A stretch of 64,000 bases of DNA, from contig OZ244999.1 in NCBI GenBank assembly GCA_965223265.1, positions 4,640,001 to 4,704,000 on the forward strand, read 5' to 3'. The translations under genes and the position numbers were made by a program. Of the stretch, positions 9,584 through 19,664 are shown in pieces. The notes beneath the pieces were generated by a model. It made no database searches and was not told the origin of the DNA. It was given only the letters and a program-made list of their open reading frames with translations. The DNA is from Planctomycetota bacterium. Lineage in GTDB: Bacteria > Planctomycetota > UBA8108 > SXIK01. The stretch's first letter is position 1. Every line of letters starts with the position of its first letter.

Positions 9584-12500
9584 ATGAACAGTCGCCCATG
9601 GAACGTCCTCCTCGTCGCTATCGTTGTTGCACTCTGCCCCGTCGACATACCCACGAGTGTGTTCGCCACGGACGGCAAGCTGATCGAATCGGCGCCTCTC
9701 GAGGCCCAAGGAGACGCTGGAGGCGAGCGCCCGACGCTCTTCGAGCTGGTCTCGCCGGAAGCGTCGGGCGTCGACGTGACCCATCCGATCGACACGGCGC
9801 ACCCGCTCAAACGTCTCTACATTTCCGGTTTTCTCTGCGGCGGGATCGCGGTCGGTGACGTCGACGGCGACGGCGCGCCAGACCTCTACCTCGTCAGTGG
9901 CCCGAGGAAAAATCGACTCTATCGCCAAGTGGGCAATTTCAAATTCGAAGACATCACGACGTTCGCCGGCGTTGACGGTGGTGACTCTTGGGGTGCCGGA
10001 GCGAGCCTTGCCGATGTCGATGGCGATGGGGATCTGGACATCTACGTGTGCAACTACGACTCGCCAAACGCCCTCTACATCAACGACGGTAACGGCGCCT
10101 TCAAGGACGAAGCCGCCGCGCGGGGTGTCGATTTCGTCGATGCATCGCTCATGGCGGCGTTCTGCGATTACGATCGCGACGGTGATATCGACTTTTACCT
10201 GCTCACCAATCGCCTCTACCGCGCCGGAGGTCGTCCCGCGCGGCCGCCGATGAAGTTCGTCGACGGCAAACCGACCGTTCTGCCCGAATTCGAACGCTAC
10301 TACGGGATCATCGACCTGGGTGCCAATCGGTTCGTTATGGACACCATCGGACGCGCCGATTTCTTGCTCGAAAACAACGGTGATGGCACCTTCCGCGACG
10401 TCACTGAAAAGGCAGGCATCTCCGGACGCCAGTATGGGCTCTCGGCGACTTGGTGGGACTACGACCGCGACGGCTTTTCGGATCTCTACGTCGGTAACGA
10501 CTTCGATGACCCCGATCGACTCTATCGCAACAATGGCGACGGCACGTTCACCGATGTGCTCAAAGACGTCGTGCCGCACACGTCGTGGTTCTCTATGGGC
10601 GCCGACATCGGCGACGTCAACAACGATGGCTGGCTCGACCTCCTGATCGCGGACATGTCGGCGACGACTCATTTCAAACAGAAAACGTCGATGGGCACCA
10701 TGAACGCGAACAAGATTCTCAAGGTCGCCGGCCCACCACCGCAGATCATGCGCAACGCTCTCTATCTCAACACTGCTGGTGGGCCCTTCATGGAGGCAGC
10801 GTATCTGACGGGTCTGGCCGACTCCGACTGGACCTGGGCAATCAAGTTCGCCGATTGGGATAACGATGGCCTAACCGATGTATTCATTAGTAACGGCATG
10901 GCTCGGAGTTTTACGAACTCCGATATCACCCACACCTTGCACGATCTGATCGGACGCACGAAGTGGTCCATTTACGAGGACACCCCGCCTCGAAAGGAAA
11001 CCAACTTGGCTCTCAAAAATCTCGGCGACTTGAGATTCGAGAGCAGAGCGAAGGAATGGGGTCTTGATCATTTCGGTATGAGTGTGGCGGCTGCCTACGT
11101 CGATTTCGAGCGTGACGGCGATCTCGATCTCGTCGTCGCCAATCTCGACGAGCCCGTGAGTCTCTACCGCAACCTCTCGCACGGCAGCCACCGCGTTCTG
11201 ATCCGACTTCGCGGCACGTCCAGTAACAGTTTCGGCCTCGGCTCGGTGGTCACGATCGAGACGGCAGCGGGCCGACAGACGCGCGAGTTGTCGCCGATGA
11301 CAGGGTACCTTTCGAATAACGAAGCACTGCTTCACTTCGGTCTCGGCAAGGAGTCTTCGATTCGCGAGCTGATCGTCGACTGGCCGAGCGGCGAAAAACA
11401 GCGGTTCACCGACCTCGAGGTCGACCGTCTCTATACCGTCACCGAACCAAGCTCGAGCGGCAAAGAGACTTCGCCCGCGGCGGCGGAGAGGCCGACCGCG
11501 CCGCCTCTCTTTCGCGCTGCTAAGCTTTTCTCTACGATCCGCCACCAGGAACAGCCATTCGACGACTTCGCGCTCCAGCCGCTTCTACCCAACAAGCTAT
11601 CACAGCTCGGGCCTGGCATGGCGTGGGGCGATATCGACGGCGACGGCGATGACGATGTCTACTTCGGGGGGGCGGCTGGGCAGTCCGGATCTCTTCTCCG
11701 CCAGGTGAGCGCGGGCGTATTCGAACCCGTCGAGTCGGTTGCCATCGCAGCTGACGCTCAAGCTGAAGACCTGGGCGCTCTCTTCTTCGACGCTGATGCG
11801 GACGGCGACGCCGACCTCTACGTGGTCACCAGCAACGTCGAATCCGGGCGAAAGTCCGGTTTTCGCGCCAGCCGACTTTACCTCAACGATGGGCATGGGA
11901 ACTTCTCGCACTCGACAGGGTCTCGCCCCTCGGGGACGATGAGCGGTGGAGTCGTCGCAGCGGCGGACTACGATCACGACGGTGACCTTGACGCCTTCGT
12001 CGGTGGACGCGTCGTCCCGGGTCGCTACCCCACGGCGCCGGGGAGTGTGCTGTCGCGCAACGATCGCGGCAGCTGGCGAGACGTGACGCGATTGGTCGCG
12101 CCCGATCTCCAGCAAAGCGGCATGGTCACCGGTGCACTCTGGTCGGACGCCAACGATGATGGCTGGCTCGATCTGCTGGTGACGCACGAATGGGGCCCCG
12201 TCAGACTCTATCTCAACGACGAAGGCACGCTGCGTGACCAAACCGACGAATCCGGACTCGCCGCATTCTCTGGTTGGTGGAACGGAATTGCCGGGAGTGA
12301 CCTCGACGGCGACGGCGACATCGACTACGTCGTGACAAACTTCGGCCTCAACACTAAGTACCACGCCAGCGCTGAGAAACCGGCGCTGATCTACTACGGC
12401 GACTTCGCCAACGACGGCCGGCTGCGCATCGTCGAAGCAGAGTACGAAGCCGACAAACTCTTCCCTGTGCGCGGCAAGAGCTGCTCGACGCAGGCGATGC

Positions 12501-13273
12501 CGTTTTTGCGCCGGAAGTTCGCTACGTTCGAGAGCTTCGCGCTCGCCGAACTTGACGACCTTTACACCTCGGAGTGCCTCGAGAAAGCCGAACGTTTTGC
12601 AGCCACGACCCTCGAGTCGGGTGTGCTGCTCAATGACGGCAGCGGTCGGTTCGAGTTCAAGCCGCTCCCGCGCTTGGCGCAGATCTCCCCAGCGTTTGGT
12701 GCCGTCATCACGGAGGTCGATGGCGACGGCATTCCCGATGTCTACATAGTACACAACTTCTTCACGCCGCAGCTCGAGACAGGCCGCATGGACAGTGGGC
12801 TGAGCCTCCTTCTCAAAGGCGTCGGCGACGGCACGTTCACGCCGGTTTGGCCGCAGGCGAGCGGACTGATCGTACGCGGCGACGCCAAGAGCCTCGCGAC
12901 GACAGATCTCAACGGCGATGGTTGGCCGGACTTCGTCGTCGGCATCAATGACGACGCACCGAGAGCGTTTCTTCACGGCGGTTGGACAAACGGACGCGTC
13001 TTGAGCGTTCGGCTTCTCGGTCCGCGGGACAACAGAACCGCGATCGGTGCTCGTGTCACCCTATGGCTCTCGAACGGGTCACGACAAACCGCGGAGGTCT
13101 CCAGCGCCAGCGGCTACCTCTCGCAGTCTTCTCCCACGCTCACGTTCGGGCTCGGCAACGAACAGGTGGAGCGGATCGATGTGCGCTGGCCGAACGGCCA
13201 ATCGACCACGGCCCAACCCGCTGACACCAATCGTGTGGTGATCGATCTGCTCGCGCCTCAGCTCGGCAAGTGA
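9584..13273 (+). CDS. FG-GAP/VCBS repeat protein with two ASPIC/UnbV domains (CRTAC1-like)
   Basis: Signal peptide; many DxDGDGxxD repeats; ASPIC motifs GYLSNNEALLHFGLG..VDWPSG and GYLSQSSPTLTFGLG..VRWPNG. Confidence 0.88.
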   Translation: MNSRPWNVLLVAIVVALCPVDIPTSVFATDGKLIESAPLEAQGDAGGERPTLFELVSPEASGVDVTHPIDTAHPLKRLYISGFLCGGIAVGDVDGDGAPDLYLVSGPRKNRLYRQVGNFKFEDITTFAGVDGGDSWGAGASLADVDGDGDLDIYVCNYDSPNALYINDGNGAFKDEAAARGVDFVDASLMAAFCDYDRDGDIDFYLLTNRLYRAGGRPARPPMKFVDGKPTVLPEFERYYGIIDLGANRFVMDTIGRADFLLENNGDGTFRDVTEKAGISGRQYGLSATWWDYDRDGFSDLYVGNDFDDPDRLYRNNGDGTFTDVLKDVVPHTSWFSMGADIGDVNNDGWLDLLIADMSATTHFKQKTSMGTMNANKILKVAGPPPQIMRNALYLNTAGGPFMEAAYLTGLADSDWTWAIKFADWDNDGLTDVFISNGMARSFTNSDITHTLHDLIGRTKWSIYEDTPPRKETNLALKNLGDLRFESRAKEWGLDHFGMSVAAAYVDFERDGDLDLVVANLDEPVSLYRNLSHGSHRVLIRLRGTSSNSFGLGSVVTIETAAGRQTRELSPMTGYLSNNEALLHFGLGKESSIRELIVDWPSGEKQRFTDLEVDRLYTVTEPSSSGKETSPAAAERPTAPPLFRAAKLFSTIRHQEQPFDDFALQPLLPNKLSQLGPGMAWGDIDGDGDDDVYFGGAAGQSGSLLRQVSAGVFEPVESVAIAADAQAEDLGALFFDADADGDADLYVVTSNVESGRKSGFRASRLYLNDGHGNFSHSTGSRPSGTMSGGVVAAADYDHDGDLDAFVGGRVVPGRYPTAPGSVLSRNDRGSWRDVTRLVAPDLQQSGMVTGALWSDANDDGWLDLLVTHEWGPVRLYLNDEGTLRDQTDESGLAAFSGWWNGIAGSDLDGDGDIDYVVTNFGLNTKYHASAEKPALIYYGDFANDGRLRIVEAEYEADKLFPVRGKSCSTQAMPFLRRKFATFESFALAELDDLYTSECLEKAERFAATTLESGVLLNDGSGRFEFKPLPRLAQISPAFGAVITEVDGDGIPDVYIVHNFFTPQLETGRMDSGLSLLLKGVGDGTFTPVWPQASGLIVRGDAKSLATTDLNGDGWPDFVVGINDDAPRAFLHGGWTNGRVLSVRLLGPRDNRTAIGARVTLWLSNGSRQTAEVSSASGYLSQSSPTLTFGLGNEQVERIDVRWPNGQSTTAQPADTNRVVIDLLAPQLGK

Positions 13274-13334
13274 GGCGCGATGATGGGCGGCTTCGCCCAA
13301 CGGTTTCTCTTGCCACACCGGCCGCGATGTTCGA

Positions 13335-15704
13335 TCACTTTTGAGGAGCGCGCCCGAGCTGCAGTCGTTTCAGGGCGATCTTCTTGAGTTCCTTTCGCCC
13401 TTCGACGATTTCGATCGTTTGGTCGACCGCAACATTGTCGAAGACCTGCGTCGTGTTGCTCGCCGGCCAGAAGATTTCGAGCCGATCGACTCGCCTCGCG
13501 TGACCGAGACCGATGGTTTGGCGCAGCGGATTACCGCCGTAGCTCCCCCCACTGGAGACGTAGCGAATCACCTGATTCGCGCTACCGTCGGGAGCTTTCA
13601 GCTGCAAACGAATCCGCGAGCCAATCGCGCCGCGATTGGACTTCGTGCCCACGAGTTTGACGCGCAGAAATGTCGTCCCGAAGCCTGGATTTTCAAAGAG
13701 CGCATCGTGAGCCCGATCGATCAGCGACGCTCCGCCTTGCTGCTGAAACAGGTCGAGATCGCCGTCGTTGTCCACATCTGCGAACGCTGTGCCGTTGCCG
13801 TTGGAAAGCAGCCCGACGCCACTGGCAGTCGTCACGTCGGCGAATCTTTTCCCTGCCTGATTCAGGAGCAGGATATTCGGCAGCGGGCTGCCCTGCTGCG
13901 CCACTCCCGTCCCAAGACACGCATCCAAATATCCGTCGCCGTCGATGTCACCGAAATTCCCGCCGACCGTCACGAAGGGGTACGTCAGACCCGAATGCAA
14001 GGTCACATCCTTTAGCTTCCCTTTTCCGTCACCGCGATAAAGACTGACTGCCTCGGCCTGGTGTTCCCGAGAGCGGTAATGAAGACCAACGTGATCGACC
14101 GTTCCACCATGGGCGCCAGCGAAAAGGTCTAGCGCGCCGTCGTTGTCGAAATCCCAGGTCCAAGCGGAAAAACTGCGGATCGGTCTCTGCGCTGAAGTCG
14201 CCCGTGTGACGTCTTCGAACGTGCCGTCACCCCGGTTCTTAAAGAGTCGATTGGAGCCAAGTAGGTTGGAGACGAACAGGTCGGGATAACGATCGCCGTC
14301 GAAATCACCCCACGCGGCGCCTTTTGTCATGCGCAAGTTCTGCACCCCGGCAGCTTTGGCGACGTCGACAAACGTACCGTCACCGCGGTTCTGAAAGAGC
14401 TGACATGGGGCTTCGAACTGGGTATTCGACTCATTGCCGACGAAAAGATCTACGTCACCGTCGAGGTCATAGTCGGCCCACGCCGCCGTTTGCGTCGGCA
14501 AGTGAACCTCACCGAGCCCAGAGTCAAACGTCACGTCCTTGAACGATCCGTCACCACGATTTTGCAGCAAAGAATTCGGGTGTTTTCCCTTTTCGCCCAA
14601 CCAGCCTCCCCGCATCACAAAAAGGTCCAAGTCGCCGTCGTTGTCGTAGTCGGCCTGCACGAGATTGAGTCCACCTAGTATGCTCCGCAGACGAGAATCG
14701 GACGTGCGGTTTGAGAATGAACCGTCGCCGTCATTTTCGAAATAACGCAGGCTCTCGGTGGGGTCCCACGATGATGTGACGATGTCGAGAAATCCGTCAC
14801 CGTTGAAGTCGTCCACCACGACGCCGCCGCAGCAGCCAAACGTGTTCACGCCAAGTCTCGGGGCGACGTCGACGAAGCGTGGAAAATCGACGTGAGAACG
14901 GAGCGCCTCGGGTGAAACCAAATGACGCGTCGGAACCGCCTCGGGGTACGTACCGGCGAGCATGTAGTTGATATTGAGCAGCCAGCGGATTCCATGCTCT
15001 GCGAATCGACGCTTCGATGGCACGTCCAGAAACGCTTCGAAGTACTCGATGGCTCGGTCTGCTCCTTCCGTGTTGGCGTGCACACGTCCACAGCCGATGG
15101 GCAGCACCGCGCGGTTGCCGTCCGCGGCGGCGCGATTCTCCTCCTCCCCCAGCCGCCAGTGCGCCACGCCAAGCCAGTAGAGGGTTTGGCGCAGATCGAG
15201 TCCATCGTTGCGCTCGAGCGTGATCAGCTCGCGTGCGCGCTTCAAATGCTTGATCGCCTCCTGCACGTCGCCAAGTCGCAGCTCCGCTCTGCCAAGCGAA
15301 AGATGCAGTCCCCAGCGTATGTGATCTCGGCCTCGCTTCGCCAGCCGGGCCATCTGCTCACGAAGCGAGCGTCGTAGCGAGTCTCCGAGGTACGGGTGGT
15401 CATCAGCCACACGCGATCCAATGTACTGAAGCAGCCCCCGCATGCGCGCGTCGCCGTCCGCAGGGACTTCGGAAGCCGTGCTGCCTTTCTTTGCGGACGC
15501 GGTCTTGTCTCGATGCGGTGGCTCCTCCGCGAAACAGGGCAGTGACGCAAGAGAGAGTGAAAGAATCAATCCGCTCCATTCGACCGTCAGCCTAGGGCAA
15601 ATGCGCCGGCACGCGACTCGTGCGAACTCAGTCTTTGGCATTGCGGTGAAGCACCTTCTGGGGAGTTGGTCGGTCGTGATTATACAGAAAGACCAGGGAA
15701 CCAT
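13335..15704 (-). CDS. CRTAC1 family protein (TPR-like N-terminus, FG-GAP repeats, ASPIC/UnbV); start may be ATG 15641
   Basis: DFNGDGFLDIV, ADYDNDGDLDLF, WGDFDGDRYPDLF repeats; C-terminal SNRGAIGSRI..GGSYGGNPL..GLG..WP. Confidence 0.85.
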   Translation of the reverse strand: MVPWSFCIITTDQLPRRCFTAMPKTEFARVACRRICPRLTVEWSGLILSLSLASLPCFAEEPPHRDKTASAKKGSTASEVPADGDARMRGLLQYIGSRVADDHPYLGDSLRRSLREQMARLAKRGRDHIRWGLHLSLGRAELRLGDVQEAIKHLKRARELITLERNDGLDLRQTLYWLGVAHWRLGEEENRAAADGNRAVLPIGCGRVHANTEGADRAIEYFEAFLDVPSKRRFAEHGIRWLLNINYMLAGTYPEAVPTRHLVSPEALRSHVDFPRFVDVAPRLGVNTFGCCGGVVVDDFNGDGFLDIVTSSWDPTESLRYFENDGDGSFSNRTSDSRLRSILGGLNLVQADYDNDGDLDLFVMRGGWLGEKGKHPNSLLQNRGDGSFKDVTFDSGLGEVHLPTQTAAWADYDLDGDVDLFVGNESNTQFEAPCQLFQNRGDGTFVDVAKAAGVQNLRMTKGAAWGDFDGDRYPDLFVSNLLGSNRLFKNRGDGTFEDVTRATSAQRPIRSFSAWTWDFDNDGALDLFAGAHGGTVDHVGLHYRSREHQAEAVSLYRGDGKGKLKDVTLHSGLTYPFVTVGGNFGDIDGDGYLDACLGTGVAQQGSPLPNILLLNQAGKRFADVTTASGVGLLSNGNGTAFADVDNDGDLDLFQQQGGASLIDRAHDALFENPGFGTTFLRVKLVGTKSNRGAIGSRIRLQLKAPDGSANQVIRYVSSGGSYGGNPLRQTIGLGHARRVDRLEIFWPASNTTQVFDNVAVDQTIEIVEGRKELKKIALKRLQLGRAPQK

Positions 15705-16097
15705 TCACTCCAGTTCGGTGTGATCTTCCCACGGTAGCGGCCGAGGATGACCGTCCGGTGCGAAGATACGCGGCTCTGCGACAGGAAAAAACGCTAGCAA
15801 GTGGACCTCGTGATCCCCAGCTGGGCGAACGGCATGGATGGCCCGCTCGGGGACGACGATTGTGGCGGGCGCCTCCACGGTCGCATCCTCACCGTCCTGC
15901 GAGTAGATCACTGCCCCCGAGAGAATCACGAGGATCTCCTCCTCTTCGTGATAGTGCGGCGGGATGTATCCGGCGGCATGGATCCATTGTTCCCACACAG
16001 CCGTCGACTCCGCGCCACTCCCTGCTCCAACGATCACGCGAGTCTTGATGCGCGGCACGGAGTGAACAAATTGATCATCGTGAATGCGAATCAACAT
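15705..16097 (-). CDS. Cupin domain protein
   Basis: PPHYHEEEEILVILSG and IVVPERAIHAV cupin motifs; GGAGAG SD upstream. Confidence 0.85.
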   Translation of the reverse strand: MLIRIHDDQFVHSVPRIKTRVIVGAGSGAESTAVWEQWIHAAGYIPPHYHEEEEILVILSGAVIYSQDGEDATVEAPATIVVPERAIHAVRPAGDHEVHLLAFFPVAEPRIFAPDGHPRPLPWEDHTELE

Positions 16098-16228
16098 GGT
16101 GCTCTCCTGGGTTTTGACACGAGCAGGTAGACAAAATCGGCCCGCCGCGCACCGACCTCACGTACAATCCTGTGACACTCGAATCCTTGCTCTCAGCGGC
16201 CTATAAGATCAAAGGACTTTCTCTATCG

Positions 16229-19183
16229 ATGAAGACCCGACAGCCTAATTTCTTCTCTATTCTCGCAGCAGCGCTTTGTGCGCTCTACATCGACAGCACG
16301 GTTACAGCTACCGATCTCCTCACGAAGTCAGTTACGGACACGCCCGTCAACGATTTGGCGGCGACCACGCTCGGCGACCAGGGCATTCTTTGCGTGTGGA
16401 CTCCCAAAGAAGAGAGTGGCGACGGCGATGCTGTGCACGGCGCGCTGCTCGCACCGTCGGCAGCTGCTTGGCGTTCGCCGCGGCAACTTTTTCGTACATC
16501 GGCACACATCGACGGCCTGGCACTGCACCAAAAGAGCGAGAACAGTGTCGAACTACTCAGCGTGGAAGACGACCACGGTAAAAAAACGCTCCTGCGGTCA
16601 AGAGTCAGCGACGACAGCGGAGCCACTTGGTCGCCCCCGCGCACGGTTCTCGAAAGTCTTGGCCGTGTCTACCTAGCCCCATCAGCCGCTCTCGCTGGAG
16701 TCGTCATCGTCGCCGAGGCGGCTGGTGAGAAAGTCACCATCAAAGCGCTGACGCTTACCAGCGGTGGTGCTTGGTCGAGCGCAACGATTGCCGCTTCTTC
16801 AACATTGGCCTCGGCAGCGCCCATCGTTTTCGGCAACGCAGATAGCGATCTCAGTGTGCTCCTGCGACGCCGTGACCGACCCAGGCGCTATCTGCGCAGC
16901 ATTCGCGGCGACGACGGTACATGGAGCGTTCCAGCAGCGGTCAATCTTCCCTTCGCCGACGCCGACGATCATGGGAGCGGGGGAGACCACTGGAGTAACG
17001 AAAGCGTGCATGCGGCCCTTCTCCCCCTTGACACGACACGCGCTGTTGCGGTGTCGAACGACAACGTCCTACGCCCCTCCGAACTCAGCCTCCGCACTTC
17101 GTACGATGGCGGGCGCACGTGGCCAACGCGGCGAATCCTCAGCACGAAGGCAAAGTCTGCTCGCCCGTGCCTCCTGCGCGGCAATGACGAGCAAGTGCAC
17201 GTGATTTATCGCGGGCAAGGAGTTCAGCATCTCTCGTTTTCAGCTTCATCGGCGACGTCTCACCTGCAGCTGGCCTCGAAACCGCGCCTCTTCAACGTCA
17301 CCCCGCCGGGAAACCTAGGGCGTCGCCGCCGGTCTGCTTTCAGTGTCTCGTTGCCACTGGCAGACACGCCGTTTATGGAACACGTGCAGATTCCCAGCAA
17401 CGAAAGAGAGTGGCAACGGGTCGCGCCACGCCCCGTCGCTCGCAGCGTCGCCGGCGTTGCCGCCGCACCGACGACGCCGGTGGTTCGCCAAGGCAATATC
17501 GAATGGGTCGGAACCGCAAGAGGGCTCTACTTACGTGTGGCAGATGGCGCCTATGAACTCCACCCTCACTACGGCGTCGATGGTCCCCTCTCCAACCGCA
17601 TCGCGGGACTGGCCGTCGACACGAACGAAACGCTGTGGGTCGCGACCCCAGCTGGGTTGAGTGCACGCTCCCGTCAAGGCGCTTGGAACCACGTTCGGGG
17701 CCGCGACGGACTTCCTTGGGAGGAGCTCACGTCGATCGCGGTCGACCGCGACGGCCACTTGTGGCTCGGCTCGAGCCGCGGTCTCATTCACTACCGACCG
17801 ACTGCGGACGAAGGCGCGCGCCGGTGGTTCTATCGTGCGGGCAAACGCTACCTCCCGGATGACAACGTCCTTGCAGTCGCAGTGTCTGAGGATGGCCGCA
17901 GCGTCTTTGCCCATACGCAAGCGGGCATCAGTCGCATCGACGCCGTCACCCGAACACTTTTCAGCAAGGCCGAGTATCTCGAGCGGAGAATCAACCAGCG
18001 CCATCGACGTCTTGGAATTCCCGCGCCGGCCAACTACAGTGACGAGACGCTCACGCACTGGGAGCACGGGCCGCAGCCGAGCGACGGACTCTGGACTGGC
18101 TATCACGTCACCGCGATGTGCCTCGCCTACTCTCTCACGCTCGACGAGCGGTATCGCACTTCAGCGCGGATCGGCATGGAGGCTCTCTACCTGCTGCAAA
18201 ACGTCACCGGCATCCGCGGTCTGGTTGCCCGAAGCGTCGTCGCGGTTGACGAACCCGCCGCAGCGAGGGTACGAAATCAATCCAACTGGCACGCGACCAA
18301 GGACGGTCGCTACCTGTGGCGCGACGATGTCTCCAGCGATCAAATCGACGGTCACTACCTCGCTTTCTACGCCTACTTCGAGCACATCGCGCAGTTCGAC
18401 CCGCTCGAGCGAGAACGCCTCGAGAAGCAGATCCGTCAGGTGACCGACTACATCCTCGAAAACGACTACCAGATCATCGACTGGAATGGCAAACGGACGA
18501 AGTGGGGCTGGTGGAGCCCTCCGCTCCTCAACGACGAGCCAAGCAATTTTCTCGAGGCGGGTCTCTATTCGCTGATGATGTTGTCGTTCCTCAAGACAGC
18601 CTATTACGTCACCGACGACGAGAAGTATCTGACTCACTTCCGTGAGCTGATCGAGCGCCACGACTACCTCAGCAATCTTCTCCTCGAGAAGAAGGTGTTT
18701 CCGGACATGCTGAATCACTCCGACGATCAACTTGCCGCGGTGGCCTATTACCCGATCTTGCAGCTCGAGCACGATCCGTTCATCCGCGACGCCCTGCAGC
18801 GGGCGGCGCGGCGACACGCATGGATCGAAGTTGCCGAACGCAACAGTTTCATGGGACTCGTCTACGCCTCGATCGACCCGCGGGGCGCCGATGTCGCCGG
18901 CAGCGTCCGGACGCTGCGCGAAATGCCGCAGGACCGCAGGGACTGGCGCATGCAGAACTCACATCGCGCCGACATCACGTTCCGGCCACGACGCAGTCGC
19001 GGCGGTCAACCCGTCCTCCTCGAGGTGCTTCCCTACGACGAGCATCACTTCGAACGCTGGAACCAGGACCCATATCACGCCGACGCCGGCGGTAACGGCC
19101 GCAGCGAAGGCGCGGGAGTGCACTATCTCCTGCCGTACTGGATTGGACGCTACCACGGCCTGATCGCGCCGCCGGAGGCGTGA
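16229..19183 (+). CDS. Secreted multidomain protein: BNR/sialidase-like propeller + regulator-type propeller + helical C-terminal domain
   Basis: Signal peptide after ATG 16229; Asp-boxes SDDSGATW and SYDGGRTW; WVGT..GL, LWVAT..GLS and LWLGS..GL propeller repeats; C-terminal SDGLWTG, WRDDVSSDQIDGH, YLLPYW. Confidence 0.75.
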   Translation: MKTRQPNFFSILAAALCALYIDSTVTATDLLTKSVTDTPVNDLAATTLGDQGILCVWTPKEESGDGDAVHGALLAPSAAAWRSPRQLFRTSAHIDGLALHQKSENSVELLSVEDDHGKKTLLRSRVSDDSGATWSPPRTVLESLGRVYLAPSAALAGVVIVAEAAGEKVTIKALTLTSGGAWSSATIAASSTLASAAPIVFGNADSDLSVLLRRRDRPRRYLRSIRGDDGTWSVPAAVNLPFADADDHGSGGDHWSNESVHAALLPLDTTRAVAVSNDNVLRPSELSLRTSYDGGRTWPTRRILSTKAKSARPCLLRGNDEQVHVIYRGQGVQHLSFSASSATSHLQLASKPRLFNVTPPGNLGRRRRSAFSVSLPLADTPFMEHVQIPSNEREWQRVAPRPVARSVAGVAAAPTTPVVRQGNIEWVGTARGLYLRVADGAYELHPHYGVDGPLSNRIAGLAVDTNETLWVATPAGLSARSRQGAWNHVRGRDGLPWEELTSIAVDRDGHLWLGSSRGLIHYRPTADEGARRWFYRAGKRYLPDDNVLAVAVSEDGRSVFAHTQAGISRIDAVTRTLFSKAEYLERRINQRHRRLGIPAPANYSDETLTHWEHGPQPSDGLWTGYHVTAMCLAYSLTLDERYRTSARIGMEALYLLQNVTGIRGLVARSVVAVDEPAAARVRNQSNWHATKDGRYLWRDDVSSDQIDGHYLAFYAYFEHIAQFDPLERERLEKQIRQVTDYILENDYQIIDWNGKRTKWGWWSPPLLNDEPSNFLEAGLYSLMMLSFLKTAYYVTDDEKYLTHFRELIERHDYLSNLLLEKKVFPDMLNHSDDQLAAVAYYPILQLEHDPFIRDALQRAARRHAWIEVAERNSFMGLVYASIDPRGADVAGSVRTLREMPQDRRDWRMQNSHRADITFRPRRSRGGQPVLLEVLPYDEHHFERWNQDPYHADAGGNGRSEGAGVHYLLPYWIGRYHGLIAPPEA

Positions 19184-19250
19184 GGGGATCGGTGGGCGCC
19201 TCCTGCTCCGCCGTGACCGCCCCTGTCTCGGTCCCTACTCCGTCTTGTCT

Positions 19251-19663
19251 CTAAAGTAGGATCACACGCCAAGGCTGCGAAGTGGAACGTGATCGCAGGT
19301 CACGGTCCACGACCGTATGCCCGTCCGGTCTTGCGGAAGTGTGCGTCGGCGCCAGCGGGGACGAATCTCTGCTTCTGACTCTGTCTCCAACGTTGCAAAA
19401 GAGGCGCGCCTCAAGACCGTGCGCGATTGCGATTGAGTGAGAGTGTGGGTGTGCGTGGGCGAGGGGGAACACGGCACACCGTCAACCTCACCAAACGTGA
19501 GGTCCGCCGCGACGTCCTTCAACTGCCGATCGAACCTCAGGGAAAGGGGTTCTGAGCCCTTCCTGCGGAAACTTATGCAACGGGTCTGTCTCCGCCTCTG
19601 TCTCTGTCTCTGATCCTGTCTCCGCCTCTGTCTCTGATCCTGCCTCCGCCTCCGCCCCCGTCC
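19251..19663. repeat. Mosaic intergenic repeat, locus 1 (modules C-B-A plus pyrimidine-rich hexamer tandem D)
   Basis: Segments match 22286..22491 and 52641..52837; tandem CTGTCTCCGCCTCTGTCTCTG(TCTCTG)ATC units at 19586..19660. Confidence 0.65.
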
Positions 19664-19664
19664 G

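Noticed and set aside
9182-12976. Long minus-strand ORFs of 496, 224 and 458 aa
   Set aside because: Antisense to the ASPIC/FG-GAP gene; expected from high-GC codon bias.
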